From Epiperipatus broadwayi (lineage: Eukaryota; Animalia; Onychophora), in contig JAQFVV010000005.1 in NCBI GenBank assembly GCA_028023455.1, forward strand, positions 23,420,180-23,484,179: DNA of 64,000 nt, given 5' to 3'. This document shows, in pieces, positions 12,622-24,535 of the stretch (the first letter of the stretch is position 1; the number at the start of each line of letters is the position of its first letter). The notes beneath the pieces were generated by a model that worked only from the letters and a program-made list of their open reading frames with translations, ran no database searches and was not told where the DNA came from. The position numbers and the translations under genes were made by a program.

Positions 12622-13498
12622 AATAGATCATATATTACAATCATATTTTTATTTTTACACTTGTATATTGACAATTGTCCTCTAATTTCAAACTAATTTG
12701 GGATTTAGTAATAATTAAATATCCAGTAACCAAATATATTCTTTGATTAACTGAATTATCTAATAGAACATTACCTGAAAGAAAAACTATAAACATTCTT
12801 ATGACCTGAAAATTTTTTAAAGTTCTCCTGGGCATGACCTGGTTTCCAGGTTATGAGCATGCAGGTAGATATGTTAAATACTGCATTATTGATGACAAAA
12901 TTTTATTAATTGGTAGATTAAAAATAAAATTATCTTCATTAAGTTTTTATTTTTAATGTTCTGTAAACATTCATAATATTGTAAGATATAATGAGATGGG
13001 GCAATGAATTATTTCCAGAAAAGTTTTTTTGTTTTATATTTGTTGTTATAAAACTGTTTTCATTATTCTTTATTTATTTAATATTATATATATAACTAAT
13101 GATTTAACTTTAATATAGTTCTATTTTCTCCTTATTCTATTTTTTTTAAATATCATTTCTAGTTTGATATTAAGTTTTAATGATATTCATTTTATTCTGT
13201 GTTTATAGTAGTCTTAAAAAACATGAGAATTTTTTAATTTAAAATAAATGTTTAAAGCAATAGTATAATATGTAGCACCAGAATGGAGTTCTCTTGATGA
13301 AGAAATCGAAAAACATTAAAAAGATAGCAGTAGTCATATGAATCGCCCAAATATTTTATTATCAGGGTTCTGGCTTCAATATTAGATCACTTTGTTGGTG
13401 AGTGAGAGATTTTAGATAAATAAATTAATATATAAAATTAACAAAGCATATGACACACTTGAATGAGAAGCTATAAAGATACACAGAAATTATTACAT

Positions 13499-13537
13499 GC
13501 TAAGCGCTTTCGAGGCCTTTTGCCTCATATTCATAGC
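13499..13537 (-). ncRNA. Family-B variant hammerhead motif (A3-U8 core)
   Basis: Minus strand: GCT ATGAATA T GAGGC AAAAG GCCTC GAAA GCGC TT AGC. Repeated 100 and 200 bp to the right with helix III changed to GTGC and GCGT. Confidence 0.6.
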
Positions 13538-13762
13538 GGTACTGTGAGCTGCACACACTTGAATGAGAAGCTATAAAGGTACACAGAAATCATTACACGC
13601 TAAGCACTTTCGAGGCCTTTTGCCTCATATTCATAGTGGTACTGTGAGCTGCACACACTTGAATGAGAAGCTATAAAGATACACAGAAATTATTACAAGC
13701 TAAACGCTTTCGAGGCCTTTTGCCTCATATTCATAGCGGTACTGGGAGCTGCAGCTCACCGT

Positions 13763-13806
13763 ACCTCTATGAATATGAGGCAAAAGGCCTCGAAAGCGCT
13801 TAGGGT
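13763..13806 (+). ncRNA. Family-B variant hammerhead motif (inverted copy)
   Basis: acctct ATGAATA T GAGGC AAAAG GCCTC GAAA GCGC TT agggt. Helix I differs from the left copies (tct/agg versus gct/agc) but still pairs. Confidence 0.6.
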
Positions 13807-16414
13807 GTAATAATTTCTGTGTATCTTTATAGCTTCTCATTCAAGTATGTCATACGCTTTGTTAATTTTGTATATTAAATTATCGAATGAGAAGTCTTAA
13901 AATCTTTAATATAAATAAATTAAATAAATAAATAATTGTGCTCTTAAAGTCATGTGATATCTGAACATTTAATAGTTCCATTCAGTTCATATTTTTTTAT
14001 TCAACCAATAATCGATTCTGGAATGTCTAGCTCCATATCCATTCTAATACTATACTAAACTTCACAGGTCAAGATTTTAACTTATTTCTCCTGATTGGAA
14101 GAAAAGAAAAAAAAATTGACATATGATACTATCCAATAGATATTAAAATTAGCAATTGCAATATTATTACTTAATATTCTCATTAAAAAAAAAAAAATTT
14201 CACATGAAATAAACTTATGTAGTGCTGTTCTGCACTACAATTTGACATCTTATTGATTACTAAAAATTGTATTAGGTAAAGAATTTGCTGTATTCTCCTT
14301 TAACAAATTGACACAAAAAAAAGATGAGGTATAATTGTTTTTTTTTGAGTCAGTTACTACACCATTATAAAAAATGACTTAATATTGAGAATGTATTATA
14401 AATGCATATCCAATAGATATTAACATTAATAGTTACTGGTATAGCCAATTATGTGATATAACTCATTCTTAAAATATATAAAGACATATGATAATCTTAA
14501 GATACATTTGTGACTGAACCTACCTTCATCAGTTGTTGATGAAGATTTCTTGTTTCACATATATTTTCATCGTCATAATTTAGTATTTATTTATAGCAAA
14601 CAACTACAATCTTTTTTTTTTTTTTAACAAATGCACTCATTTCGATGATATAATCTTGAAAAATATTATAAGATTATATATTAATCATTTTTATTAGTCT
14701 ATAAATTATTTAATATTCAGTCCAATTCTAGATTTTAAACTCATCTAAAGATTAATCTACAATTTATTAAATCCCAATATGAATATTATTTATTTAACAT
14801 CTCCCTTTTTTTCTGATATTGTGTAAATTCGAAAATATTTGTAAAAATGATTAGTAAATAATTATTTATTTTTGTCAAAATGAATGCATTTGAGTAATGT
14901 CACATTTGTAAATTAAAGTGTAACTCTTTACTCCTAAAGAATGATGATAAAGACATGTGGACAAGGGTCTGGGTCAAGGTGTTGTAGATAGCTCATCCAG
15001 AAATATAACTTAGGAAATGTTTACTTTTTATAAATATATATATCTTTAAACATGTATTTTAAGAATAGCTAAATTTAAAAGATAGTGTATTGTAAATACT
15101 ACACACGATTGGAAAATATGGGAGGTGTTAGATGAACAATATGTTGGGATTTAATGAGTGATATATTAATTTTTATCTGATTTTAAAGTTTATATTTGGA
15201 ATGATAATTAAATAATAAATTATAGTCAATAAAAGATAAAAAATAATCTTCAACATTTATTCTAAATGATATTGTCAAATTGAACGTATTCAGACAGTAT
15301 GCATTTGTAATTATAATTATTACTGGTATAGCATTAGCATGTGAGTGCTTTAAAGACATGACAAGTGTATGTTGAAGTTAGAACTGTATTGTTGAATTAT
15401 TTCTGACATCATTTTAATCTGTCATAGTTGTTAATTTGAGCATGTTAATGAATAAAAACTAGTGATTTAATGGTACTGTACCTGTATTTTATTTATAGTA
15501 TAGTTCATTTATTGTTTTAATATTAGCTGATGATTGTAATAATGCAACCAAATTATTTCTGTATAATGAAGAGTTGACTACAAGTTTTCAGTCTAATTTT
15601 TTATAAGTAATGAAGTCTTGATTATGATTATGAAACGGGACTGATACATTGTCACAAATATTAGGTAATACAGGATTGTTGGTCTAGTGGCAAAAGAAAA
15701 TTATATTGAAATGGAATTCCAGTATAAGTTTGAAATTTTTATCAATACTTTTCAGTAACCAGCAAGTGATATTAAGCATGTTATTGCCGAATCTATTTTT
15801 AAAAGCTTTCATACTGATTTTTAAATATTTTTATGAATATACAGTAGATACTTATTATTTGTATGTACAGTATATTTAATATTTCTCCTCCACCATATCT
15901 ACTCAGACACATGAAAAAATTTGGAGATTTAATTGTAGTAGTTTATTATTTTTACATATCATGTTTAGATTTCCATCCAGCAATTCATTATCTACAAGTT
16001 TTATTTTAATATTGTATATAATCAGGTCCAGTCTTTACTGCTTTGCTGCATAGCAGTCGTGGCTGGAGGTAGAGATTTAATGTTAAGAAACATGAAATTG
16101 AAAATAAATGATATTTCTGAAACAACAAACAACTATAGAGTTTCAAATAAAAGTATGAATGACTCAATTATAAGAATGTTGGAAAATTAAACAAATATTT
16201 GGAAATTATTGGAATAAATTTTGTCAGTTTTATAAAAATTTAACATTTTGTTTGATATAGTGCGCTGTTAAAGTGAATGAAAATCATATTTAAATAGGAA
16301 ATGTACTTTTTAATCTAACATTTATTAATATGGCCATCAATGCTATTATAAATTTAATGGAAAATGGCAAAGCTTTATTTTTTGCTTGTTTTCTATTATG
16401 ATTTTTTTTTAATG

Positions 16415-16499
16415 TGTCAAAGCGTCGGCGGAGTAGCAAACCCTGGGACAACTGCTTGTAAGATAGCTGTGCTAACCACTTAGCCGCCAACGCTTGATA
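16415..16499 (-). mobile_element. tRNA-like mini-element / pseudo-tRNA (copy 1)
   Basis: Minus strand 16493-16422: GCGTTGG..AGTGGTTAG..TCTTACAAGCAG..CCAGGGTTTGCTACTCCG CCGACGC. 7-bp acceptor stem; decayed T-arm; homologous to 46889-46960. Confidence 0.7.
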
Positions 16500-17331
16500 T
16501 TTAAAATTCTCTATAATAAAAAATTTAAAAATTCATATAATTTCTGATTTAATTTTTCCTTTACTTCATGGAGAGAGGGGGGGAGGTAAATTTTGCACAC
16601 CAGTTGATAACTATTTTGACTATCACTAGTGCATCTAAACATTACAAAATGGTAATACTTCTGTATTACAGTATTTTTTATTTTTTAAAGAGATATTCCT
16701 GTAATTGAATAATATATTTTTTTGTGTTATATTTATACAATTGTGTAAATACATTTATTATGGGCAGTGAAATATCGTAAATCAAAATATACTATTGCAT
16801 ATGTTAATGATATGACATCTACTGCATTAAATATTTATTTTAATTTAATGCATTTGTTAAAGTTTTTTTTTTTGTAGATTACTGTGTTGAGGTGATCTTT
16901 GTAATAATAAACAGTAAGACGTAGTCAGTAACAAATTTATTTAAAAAGTGTATCAATTAAAGTTTGTTTTTCACTTTGACTTTGTTTTCCTTTTACTCAA
17001 TTGCAAGAGTTTTGTTTGTTTTTATATTTCACTCACTGTTTTGTGACTAAAAGTGACTAAACACAAAACTGGAATGTGTTTTGGTTGGCACAGTAATTTA
17101 TTTATGTGTTTATTTCTATTCACTTTTTTAAAGTGGGTATTGATTAATTTAAAACTATAATGATATAAAATATATGAATTACATCGTATTTTTTTAAATT
17201 TTATTTAAATAACATGAATTGTTTAATTAGATTAAAATTCGAACTCAGACTTTCACACGACCCACTACTCTCAGTGCCATCTCATATTGCTGACCCACCT
17301 GATCACCCACATGTTGAAAAGATAAATAATC

Positions 17332-17375
17332 ACCAATATACGTATTTCATGCTAAACCAGCAATCATCAGTTGGT
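17332..17375 (-). ncRNA. Type I minimal hammerhead ribozyme motif, family C (C1)
   Basis: Minus strand: ACCAA CTGATGA T TGCT GGTTT AGCA T GAAA TACGTA TA TTGGT. Perfect 5-bp helix I, 4-bp helix II, palindromic helix III (TACGTA). Predicted cleavage between 17337 and 17336. Confidence 0.85.
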
Positions 17376-17508
17376 CTAGATTACTATCCTCACATATATA
17401 TATATATAATCAGTTCTCAGCTTTATATTAAGATAGCCAATATTCATACTTTAATGGACAGGCTTCAAACTATTTTAACTCACAACTCTTCAGCCTTCCA
17501 TTTCATTG

Positions 17509-17560
17509 AAAATCTGAAGATGGAACGTTCAAAGCCCTTGTTAGTGCCAAGGTTGTCATC
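17509..17560 (+). ncRNA. Degenerate plus-strand hammerhead-like motif in family C
   Basis: aaaat CTGAAGA tg gaacgttc AAAG c ccttg ttagtgc caagg tt gtc atc. GAAA is mutated here but intact in the 48353 copy. Helix III is a hairpin (ccttg/caagg). Confidence 0.4.
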
Positions 17561-17817
17561 CTACCATGTTGACATATTAGTCATTCTGACCCCTCATGTA
17601 TAGGAGAATAATCCATTTATACATACATATGTGAGGGATGGGCAGACCTATTACGCACTATTTATATAAATTAATACAATGTACAGGTTTAAACCTGCAT
17701 TTATACATGTAATATAGGCGGGATTCGAACTCAGACTTTCACACGACCCACTACTCTCAGTACCATCTCATATTGCTGACCCACCTGATCACCCACATGT
17801 TGAAAAGATAAATAATC

Positions 17818-17861
17818 ACCAATAAACGTATTTCATGCTAAACCAGCAATCATCAGTTGGT
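17818..17861 (-). ncRNA. Type I minimal hammerhead ribozyme motif, family C (C2)
   Basis: Same as C1 except helix III is TACGTT. Lies 486 bp from C1. Confidence 0.75.
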
Positions 17862-19989
17862 CTAGTCTGAGTTCGAATCCCGCCTATATTACTTATATAA
17901 ATGCAGGTTTAAACCTGTACATTGTATTAGATTAAAATTGTAAATTATTGTAAAAGATAGAATAATGATAGCACTCAGTGTAGGATTTTGGATATCAGAA
18001 GGCTGGTTGATAGGTATTTATATTGTTCTTATAATACACATACTTTTAAATCCATATAAACATACTGCTAAATCTGGGGTAAGTATGTAAATTAACTTAA
18101 TAATTATGGTAAACTAATAAGTTAATCAAATCACTGGAAATATTTACTTGAAACCTTTGATCCCATGTTAAAGTAACTTATTCAATAGCTTTCTTAAATC
18201 TATTGTTTTACGTTGATATTACTCATCAGTTGGCCATCAGCTATTGGATAGTGAGTTAATGTAATGTGCAACCAAATTCAAATGGTTCTAATCTTAAATA
18301 TATATATAAATGAAAATATACGAATAATTCTATGGGTAATAGCTCAGGAGGTTATGTAGTGTTTGAAGTTTTCTAGCAGCTGGCAGTTCAAGTGTTTAAC
18401 AGTACTGTTCAGATAATCTAAATCAAGTTGTTTTTTTAAAATTTTTATTTATGGTAATCAGATTAGAATCGATCTTGTAATCTTTACTTTTGTCCACCAT
18501 TCTATCACTTTAGTAAAGAGCACAGAGCAACATATACATATAAATAATAATATATGTATAAATTATATGTATTTTGTTTTTATCAAATGTCTCTATGCAA
18601 GAAGGTTAATAAAAAAAATATAACTTTTACTCTTAATATATCTGTAATTATTTTCATTATCTGTTAATGAAATTCTTAAATACTTAAAATAAGTAATCTA
18701 CTCTATATTTTACTGCTCAACTGATTATTGTTAAATTGTAGACAAAATATTTCAGAAATAAAATTTTCTGAAAGAAAACATCTTTGGGAAAAAAAAATGA
18801 TTCAGTTCGCTTCTATATATATATAACAGTTACTATTTTGGTAAAAAAAAGAGAAAAATCATATACATTAAAACATAATTCTTGCATTTATACCACATTT
18901 GATAGAAATATTTGGAGATAAGAAACGTATAATGTTTGTGCTAAGAGCTAACATTTATTTCATTTGTATTAGTTTAAAATTTAACAGGAGTAATCTTTTT
19001 TCCCTCCTTTACTCCAGTGCTAGGTTTTTATTTTTGCCAATAGCATTCAAACAGATCTCCAGATGATTTTTTAGCTATTATCTTTTTGAATGCGAATAAA
19101 AAACAGTGCTCTGCACTGAAGAAAGCCATTATCCAGAAATGAGTTTGATTTATGTTATCATTACAATTCAATAACTGTTAATTATGTGTGTTTATAGACA
19201 TAAGTCTGTAGCAAAGAGCAGCCATTGCTGTCAAATACAATTTGAATGTAAGTTGAAGAAGTCGTAATGTTTGCTCGATATATAATAATTTAGAATTTCT
19301 AATTGGTTGTTTTTTGACTGCTGATGATAAAATCAGACTTTGGTGCATGCTTCAATTTATCTAGCTATCAGAGTAGAATATCTCAATATTGACATTGTGA
19401 AATTTTGTCAGTCATGCTGTTCTAGATAATAAGAAAAACACAATTATGCTTTTAGGTTTCCTAGACACCACTTTTTATTAATGAAAAATTGAATCACCTC
19501 TTGCACCGGATTATAATAACTGGCTATTTTTTTATCACAGTAAATTAAAAATAAAAAACATTTTAATTAAAAGAATGTATATTATAATGATATGAACTTA
19601 ACCAAGTATGCCATTGTTTGATGTTACAAGCTACCTTAATTCCAAATATATAAATTAACCAAACGATTTTAAAACAACAAAATAAAAGTAATGAGAAAAT
19701 GAGATTCTCTTAATTGATGATATCTATTTAGTTAAAACCGAACACAAAATTAAAGTTAAAATAAGGTAATTAATGTTGAGTGAAAAATAGCTGATTAATA
19801 TTATTTAGTTTAAATTAAAACAAAGAAAAAAAATTAATTATTTAGTGGTAAACAGTGAAAGCAAAGCAATTTTCAAAAAGACAATAAGAAAGAAAATAAG
19901 TTGAAGCAGATGATTAGATTTGTTCTAATGATGTGTGCAAGAGCTATATATATATTGGATAAGAAGAAGAAGAAGAAAGACAAGCTGAG

Positions 19990-20400
19990 AATCAAAGTGC
20001 ATAGTAAGAGTATTGTGTAGTTGATAAAATTAAGGAATTTGTCAAAAGTGTTATCTCTCCCTACTAAATCACTGATCATTATTTGTCTACAAGGAATCTG
20101 TAAAAATACTTTTCAATACTAATTTAAACACATCCATAATGTTAAATTTCTGTATGAAAAAATGATGATATCTGTATACTCATTAAACCAAAATGTACCA
20201 GTTTAGCCTGGACAATATATCTCTTCCAACACTGAATAATGCCTATAGTGAGTCCAGAAATGGTGATATAAGATATGACTTTTGTTTGCTCACTGTAGAA
20301 CAATTTTCTCATATGTTCACAATTAGATAATCCATCTATTATAGGAGAATATACCATTACTAGGAAGGAGTTGACACAAATCAACTAAAATGTAAAAACT
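19990..20400 (-). mobile_element. Possible decayed Penelope-like element C-terminus (linker plus GIY-YIG endonuclease)
   Basis: Minus-strand peptides YSPIIDGLSNCEHMRKLF..KVISY, IIQCWKRYIVQAK and LVLKSIFT..FSRE loosely resemble Penelope LPYIxGLSExIRRIL, CxxCxxxYIGQT and LEAIxI..NRD motifs. Heavily decayed. Confidence 0.35.
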
Positions 20401-20619
20401 AATCTTAAACGGCACCTGAAGACACAAATTGCTTAGAATTTTTTCTTGTAAGTTACTGATGAAGACACAAATGTATACCTATAATATTAAGCTTACTGAA
20501 TTATAAAAGCTACAGTATGATTTTTTAAAATTATATATACATATAAATAAGAGACTTCTTATAATTTAAAAATTTTATTAGCATAATATGTTTTGCTATA
20601 TTTATATATTTTTGATGTA

Positions 20620-21467
20620 ATCATGTGGAAGGAAATTAATCTTCAGACATGTATTATTAAATTGATAGTAAACTTGCACTCACCTCTGAACAAGTGTCAT
20701 AAGTGAATCACTTATGCTTAGAGCCTATTCTTATATAAACCAACTCTTCTTGACCATGCCTAAATCAAGACTTGATCTTAATATAAACCTGATATTTCAA
20801 TTGACAAATTATTTGTACAAATTTAGTTTATATATCACAGGGAAGAGAAAGTTTCTCATTTTTAACTACCTGTGACTTTGAATTATGTTAGTTTGAATAT
20901 CTGTAATAAATATTTTAGTGATTTATATATATATGTATTCATATGGAAGAAAATTAATCTTCAGCCATGCGTTATTAGATTTATATTAAATTATCTAAGC
21001 ACAGTATCTGTAATAAATATTTTAGTGATTTATATATATATAATCATGTGGAAGGAAATTAATCTTCAGATATATGCTATTAGATTGATATTAAATTATA
21101 TAATAGCACTTGTCTGAAGATTAATTTCCTTCCACATGATTACATATATATAAACCGCTAAAATATTTATTACAGATATTCAAATTAATGTACAGTAATT
21201 CAAAATTGCTGGTAATTAAAAATGAGAAACTTTTTTTTCCCTGCGATATATAAACTAAATTTGTGCATATAATTTTTTCACTTTGAAATATCAGGCTCAT
21301 AATATGATCAAGTTCTGATTTAAACATGGTCAGTAAGGGTTGGTTTATATAAAAGTATTGATAGATGAGTGCAAGTATATTTAATATCAATTTAATAGCA
21401 CATATCTGAAGATTAATTTTCTTCTATATGATTATATATATATAAATCGCTAAAATATTTATTACAG
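20620..21467. repeat. Tandem-plus-inverted non-coding element (family D), no ribozyme recognised
   Basis: The motif catrtggaagraaattaatcttcag occurs at about 20622, 20939 and 21045 and inverted at about 21114 and 21405. Inversion centre near 21105. Near-direct flanks atatatttttgatgt (20605) and atatatttgatgt (21468). Confidence 0.8.
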
Positions 21468-21526
21468 ATATATTTGATGTGTGTAAGCATTGTCTTAAGT
21501 ATTTTATATGTATTTATGAATAATAA

Positions 21527-23179
21527 CAGTGTTTCCCAACTTGTGGTATGCGTACCACTAACCTGTGGTACGTGTACCACTGGTGGTACGCGAGTTGCTG
21601 GTTGGTGGTACACGAAAAATAATCAATAATGGCGGACATAAAAAAAAAAATTAAATCATAAAAATATAGAAACGTTTTTTCCTATAATTCATAAAAATTA
21701 TTTTAATTAATAATATTATACAGTAAAGTTGTTAATATGTACAGTCGATAACGATCTTTAATGTTAATGATAAAATTGAAAGTATGATTAAGAAATTAGA
21801 TTTTTGGAAACAGTAATATATATAAGTATCGAAAACAATCAACTGGAAGTATTCGAAACTCTACATATTTTTTTGTTTGAAAATAAGGTTAGTCTGTCTC
21901 AAGATATACGAGAAAATATAATAGCACATTTAACAGGATTAAAATTGTCTTTCATGGAATATTTTCCAAAACCCGAAAACACAAATGATAATTGGATTTC
22001 AAACCCCTTCTATGCAGAAAATTTAGAAAAAGCTACATCATTATCAATAAAGGATAAAGAAAATTTAATAGAATTATCATGTGACAGAACTTTACAAGTA
22101 GAATTCAAACGACACAATCTAATTAATTTTTGGTTAAACATTAAAGAATATGAACAACTTTCTGAGAAAGCTCTTAAATTATTATTACCGTTTACTAGTA
22201 TGGAATTAGTAGGAAGAGCTTTTTCTTCATATATTTTTTTAAAAAATAAGTATCGAAACAGATTGAACGCAGCTGTAGACTTAAGGGTATACCTCGCATC
22301 TTTTGAACCAAATTTCAAAAAATTATGTTGTTCGAAACAAGCACAAAGATCTCATTAAATTTATTTTATAAAAATATTTGATTATGATAAGAAAATATAC
22401 TAATTGGTTTTTTATAATTTTGTGTTTTTATTAAAACCATTTATTAGTAAACGAAATATGACAAAATAGTAGATAAATAATGAGTCGGATCAAGGCAAAT
22501 CAATCTAAATTATTTAATTTGAAAGAATGTATCAGAAAAGGATCATACCCAGAAATTAGACTCTCATTAATTCTTGATCATCTATTGTGGATTACTAGAT
22601 GTAAGCTAGTATTTAATCATCAAAATTTTAATCCTATTAACTTCATGCTGAACAATATAAAGAAAACAAGAACAAGAGATAGCCTGATAACCCCTGAGGT
22701 TATTTTTACCATGACTTGGGACATGCTGGATTTATCCTCTCCATGGCCCAACCAATAGCAAGATGCTCCAAAAAAGAGAAAACAGACTCAAATTCAGGAA
22801 AACCAAATGAAGGAATGAGAAAACACTTTGAACAAAATATGTACCAAATAACCTTTAATGTAATAATGTAATCTTTAATAAATTATTTTGGAAAAAATAT
22901 GAAACTTTGAACAAACACATACATATAAATATGTTACAGTGAGTTTATAATTTCAGTGAGTTTATAATCTGGTGTGACGTTTAGGCGTGTTTCAATGTAA
23001 TTTGTCTCATTATGAGATGTGAATACATACATGGTCACCCTATAATATTTATAATGCAAATAAAATAACACACTCGCAATAACAAATTTCACGAAATACA
23101 ATCATTTTTACGAAGTGGTACAATTTAGCGTGATGTACTACCAAGTGGTATGCGAGCCAAAAAAGGTTGGGTAATGCTG
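21527..23179 (+). mobile_element. Internally deleted hAT (Charlie/Buster-type) DNA transposon
   Basis: TIRs cagtgtttcccaac and gttgggtaatgctg (11/14 match). 8-bp TSD aataataa (21519-21526; 23180-23187). ORF 21804-22358 encodes the hAT C-terminal dimerisation region (LLLPFTS...FS...KNKYRNRL). Confidence 0.9.
22470..22900 (+). mobile_element. Probable 3' end of an L1/Tx1-type LINE nested in the hAT element
   Basis: ORF 22480-22758 contains LLWITRCKLVFNHQNFNP, similar to the L1/Tx1 ORF2 C-terminal IWxxRNxxVF motif. Followed by aataaa and an A-run near 22880-22898. Confidence 0.45.
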
Positions 23180-24491
23180 AATAATAATATTGGTATGTAA
23201 ATGGACATGTTTTTGTGAATAGTTACTTATTTTTAATTATTCTTAATTATTTTTTTAATTATTTTTGTTTTTCTATCAATAAACTAATTTTGTTATTTAA
23301 ATTATTTATTTGTCTGCAACTTAACATTCTCATTCCAAATGCATATATGAATAATTCACTAAAATAAATGTTGCGATATTATCAGTGAAAACTGTGACGC
23401 TATTGCCAGAGGATACTGGATTCATAAAAAAAAAGAAAGGGGCATTCTAAATTCGAGGATAGTGTTCAAACCCTATTTATAACAAATAAATATTTATAGT
23501 GAAATTTAAAATACATGAATTATGATGATCAGGAAATATACGAGTTGTGGAATAATCATCATTATCTATTTTAATTATTCAGACAAATTTAAGATTCAAT
23601 TAGTCTTTCATAAACTGACAACTTATCAGGTGATCTAAAGTTGATCTAGTACTTGTTAAATGTATTCATCTAAGTGTATGTGTATAAATGAGTTGCCAGA
23701 AGAGGCTCCATCATTCCCCAATATAATATATTAATATACGCATATATTCTTATGCTTGCTACCTAATATCTATAGACAGGATAATCCCAAAAATCAGGTC
23801 TTAAAAAATAGAAGGCAAAATCAGTTGTTATATAAATGTTGATGATAACTGAAATAATCAATTGGAATAGATCAGATGTTGAACTATCATTTGAAGACCT
23901 GTTAAATTGAAGTTGTCTAATTTTGAATTTATCAGAAGATTGAAGTTATTGATAAAGATTGTTATGCTCAGAAAAGTTAAAAAGAATAAGAAAACAATCA
24001 ATCAGATAAAGTCAGTAGAAGAAAAATTATTAGGAGAAAATGAGAATGTTGAGATTTATATAGAGTTGTTAAGGAGTAGTCATCTGTATCATTGGTTATT
24101 TTTATTACTAATTTTCAATTTTTTTAATTCTATTGATTATTTGTTGTTTTACATTGTATTTATGAGAAATACAATTTATTTAATTATGAATCATAACATT
24201 GCCGAGTGACAGTTTGTTAATGAAGTGTAAGGAAATATTCTACTAATATGTTATTTTTATATTATATTGGTTTACTTTTCCTATACAATTGTAACTGATG
24301 TATGCACTAGGAACACTAAGAAAAGTTTAGGAATAAAAGTTTTATTATAGTGTGCTGAGCAGTTTTTGATATCTAAATCTTGATATCACACTCATTGCTA
24401 TTGAAAACTGCTCAGCATACTATATACAATACATATATGTGCACAACAATGAAGCTAATTCAATCTTAGAATTAAAAGTGCAATTTAACTT

Positions 24492-24535
24492 TAGCTAAGC
24501 GCTTTCGAGAGACTTTGCTCTCATAATCATAGCTA
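24492..24535 (-). ncRNA. Family-B variant hammerhead motif (A3-U8 core)
   Basis: Minus strand: TAGCT ATGATTA T GAGAG CAAAGT CTCTC GAAA GCGC TT AGCTA. Perfect 5-bp helices I and II; GCGC palindrome in helix III. Confidence 0.65.

Larger units (their letters stand above)
13416..13900. repeat. Three 100-bp tandem units followed by an inverted copy; each unit carries a family-B hammerhead motif
   Basis: gaatgagaag at 13461, 13561 and 13661 (period exactly 100). Inversion centre gagctgcagctc at 13746-13757. The inverted unit runs to about 13885. Confidence 0.95.
17240..17925. mobile_element. Family-C hammerhead element: 1.3 tandem 486-bp units plus an inverted tail, with TSD
   Basis: Direct repeat 17238-17379 / 17724-17865 (period 486). 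About 17864-17928 is the reverse complement of about 17671-17737. 14-bp flanking repeat attagattaaaatt (17226-17239; 17926-17939). Confidence 0.9.

Noticed and set aside
13454-13753. CRISPR-like array
   Set aside because: The units are full-length tandem repeats with no unique spacers, the context is a eukaryotic intron, and no cas genes are present.
14520-14560. Isolated CTGATGA/CTGAAGA words here and at about 15527, 18223, 19320, 20456, 31484, 45708 and 45993
   Set aside because: None is followed by a helix II, GAAA and NUH with a closing helix I. Such words are expected by chance.
17214-17603. 129-aa ORF
   Set aside because: It spans the non-coding family-C repeat and an (AT)n tract, and is not maintained in the 48.1-kb copy.
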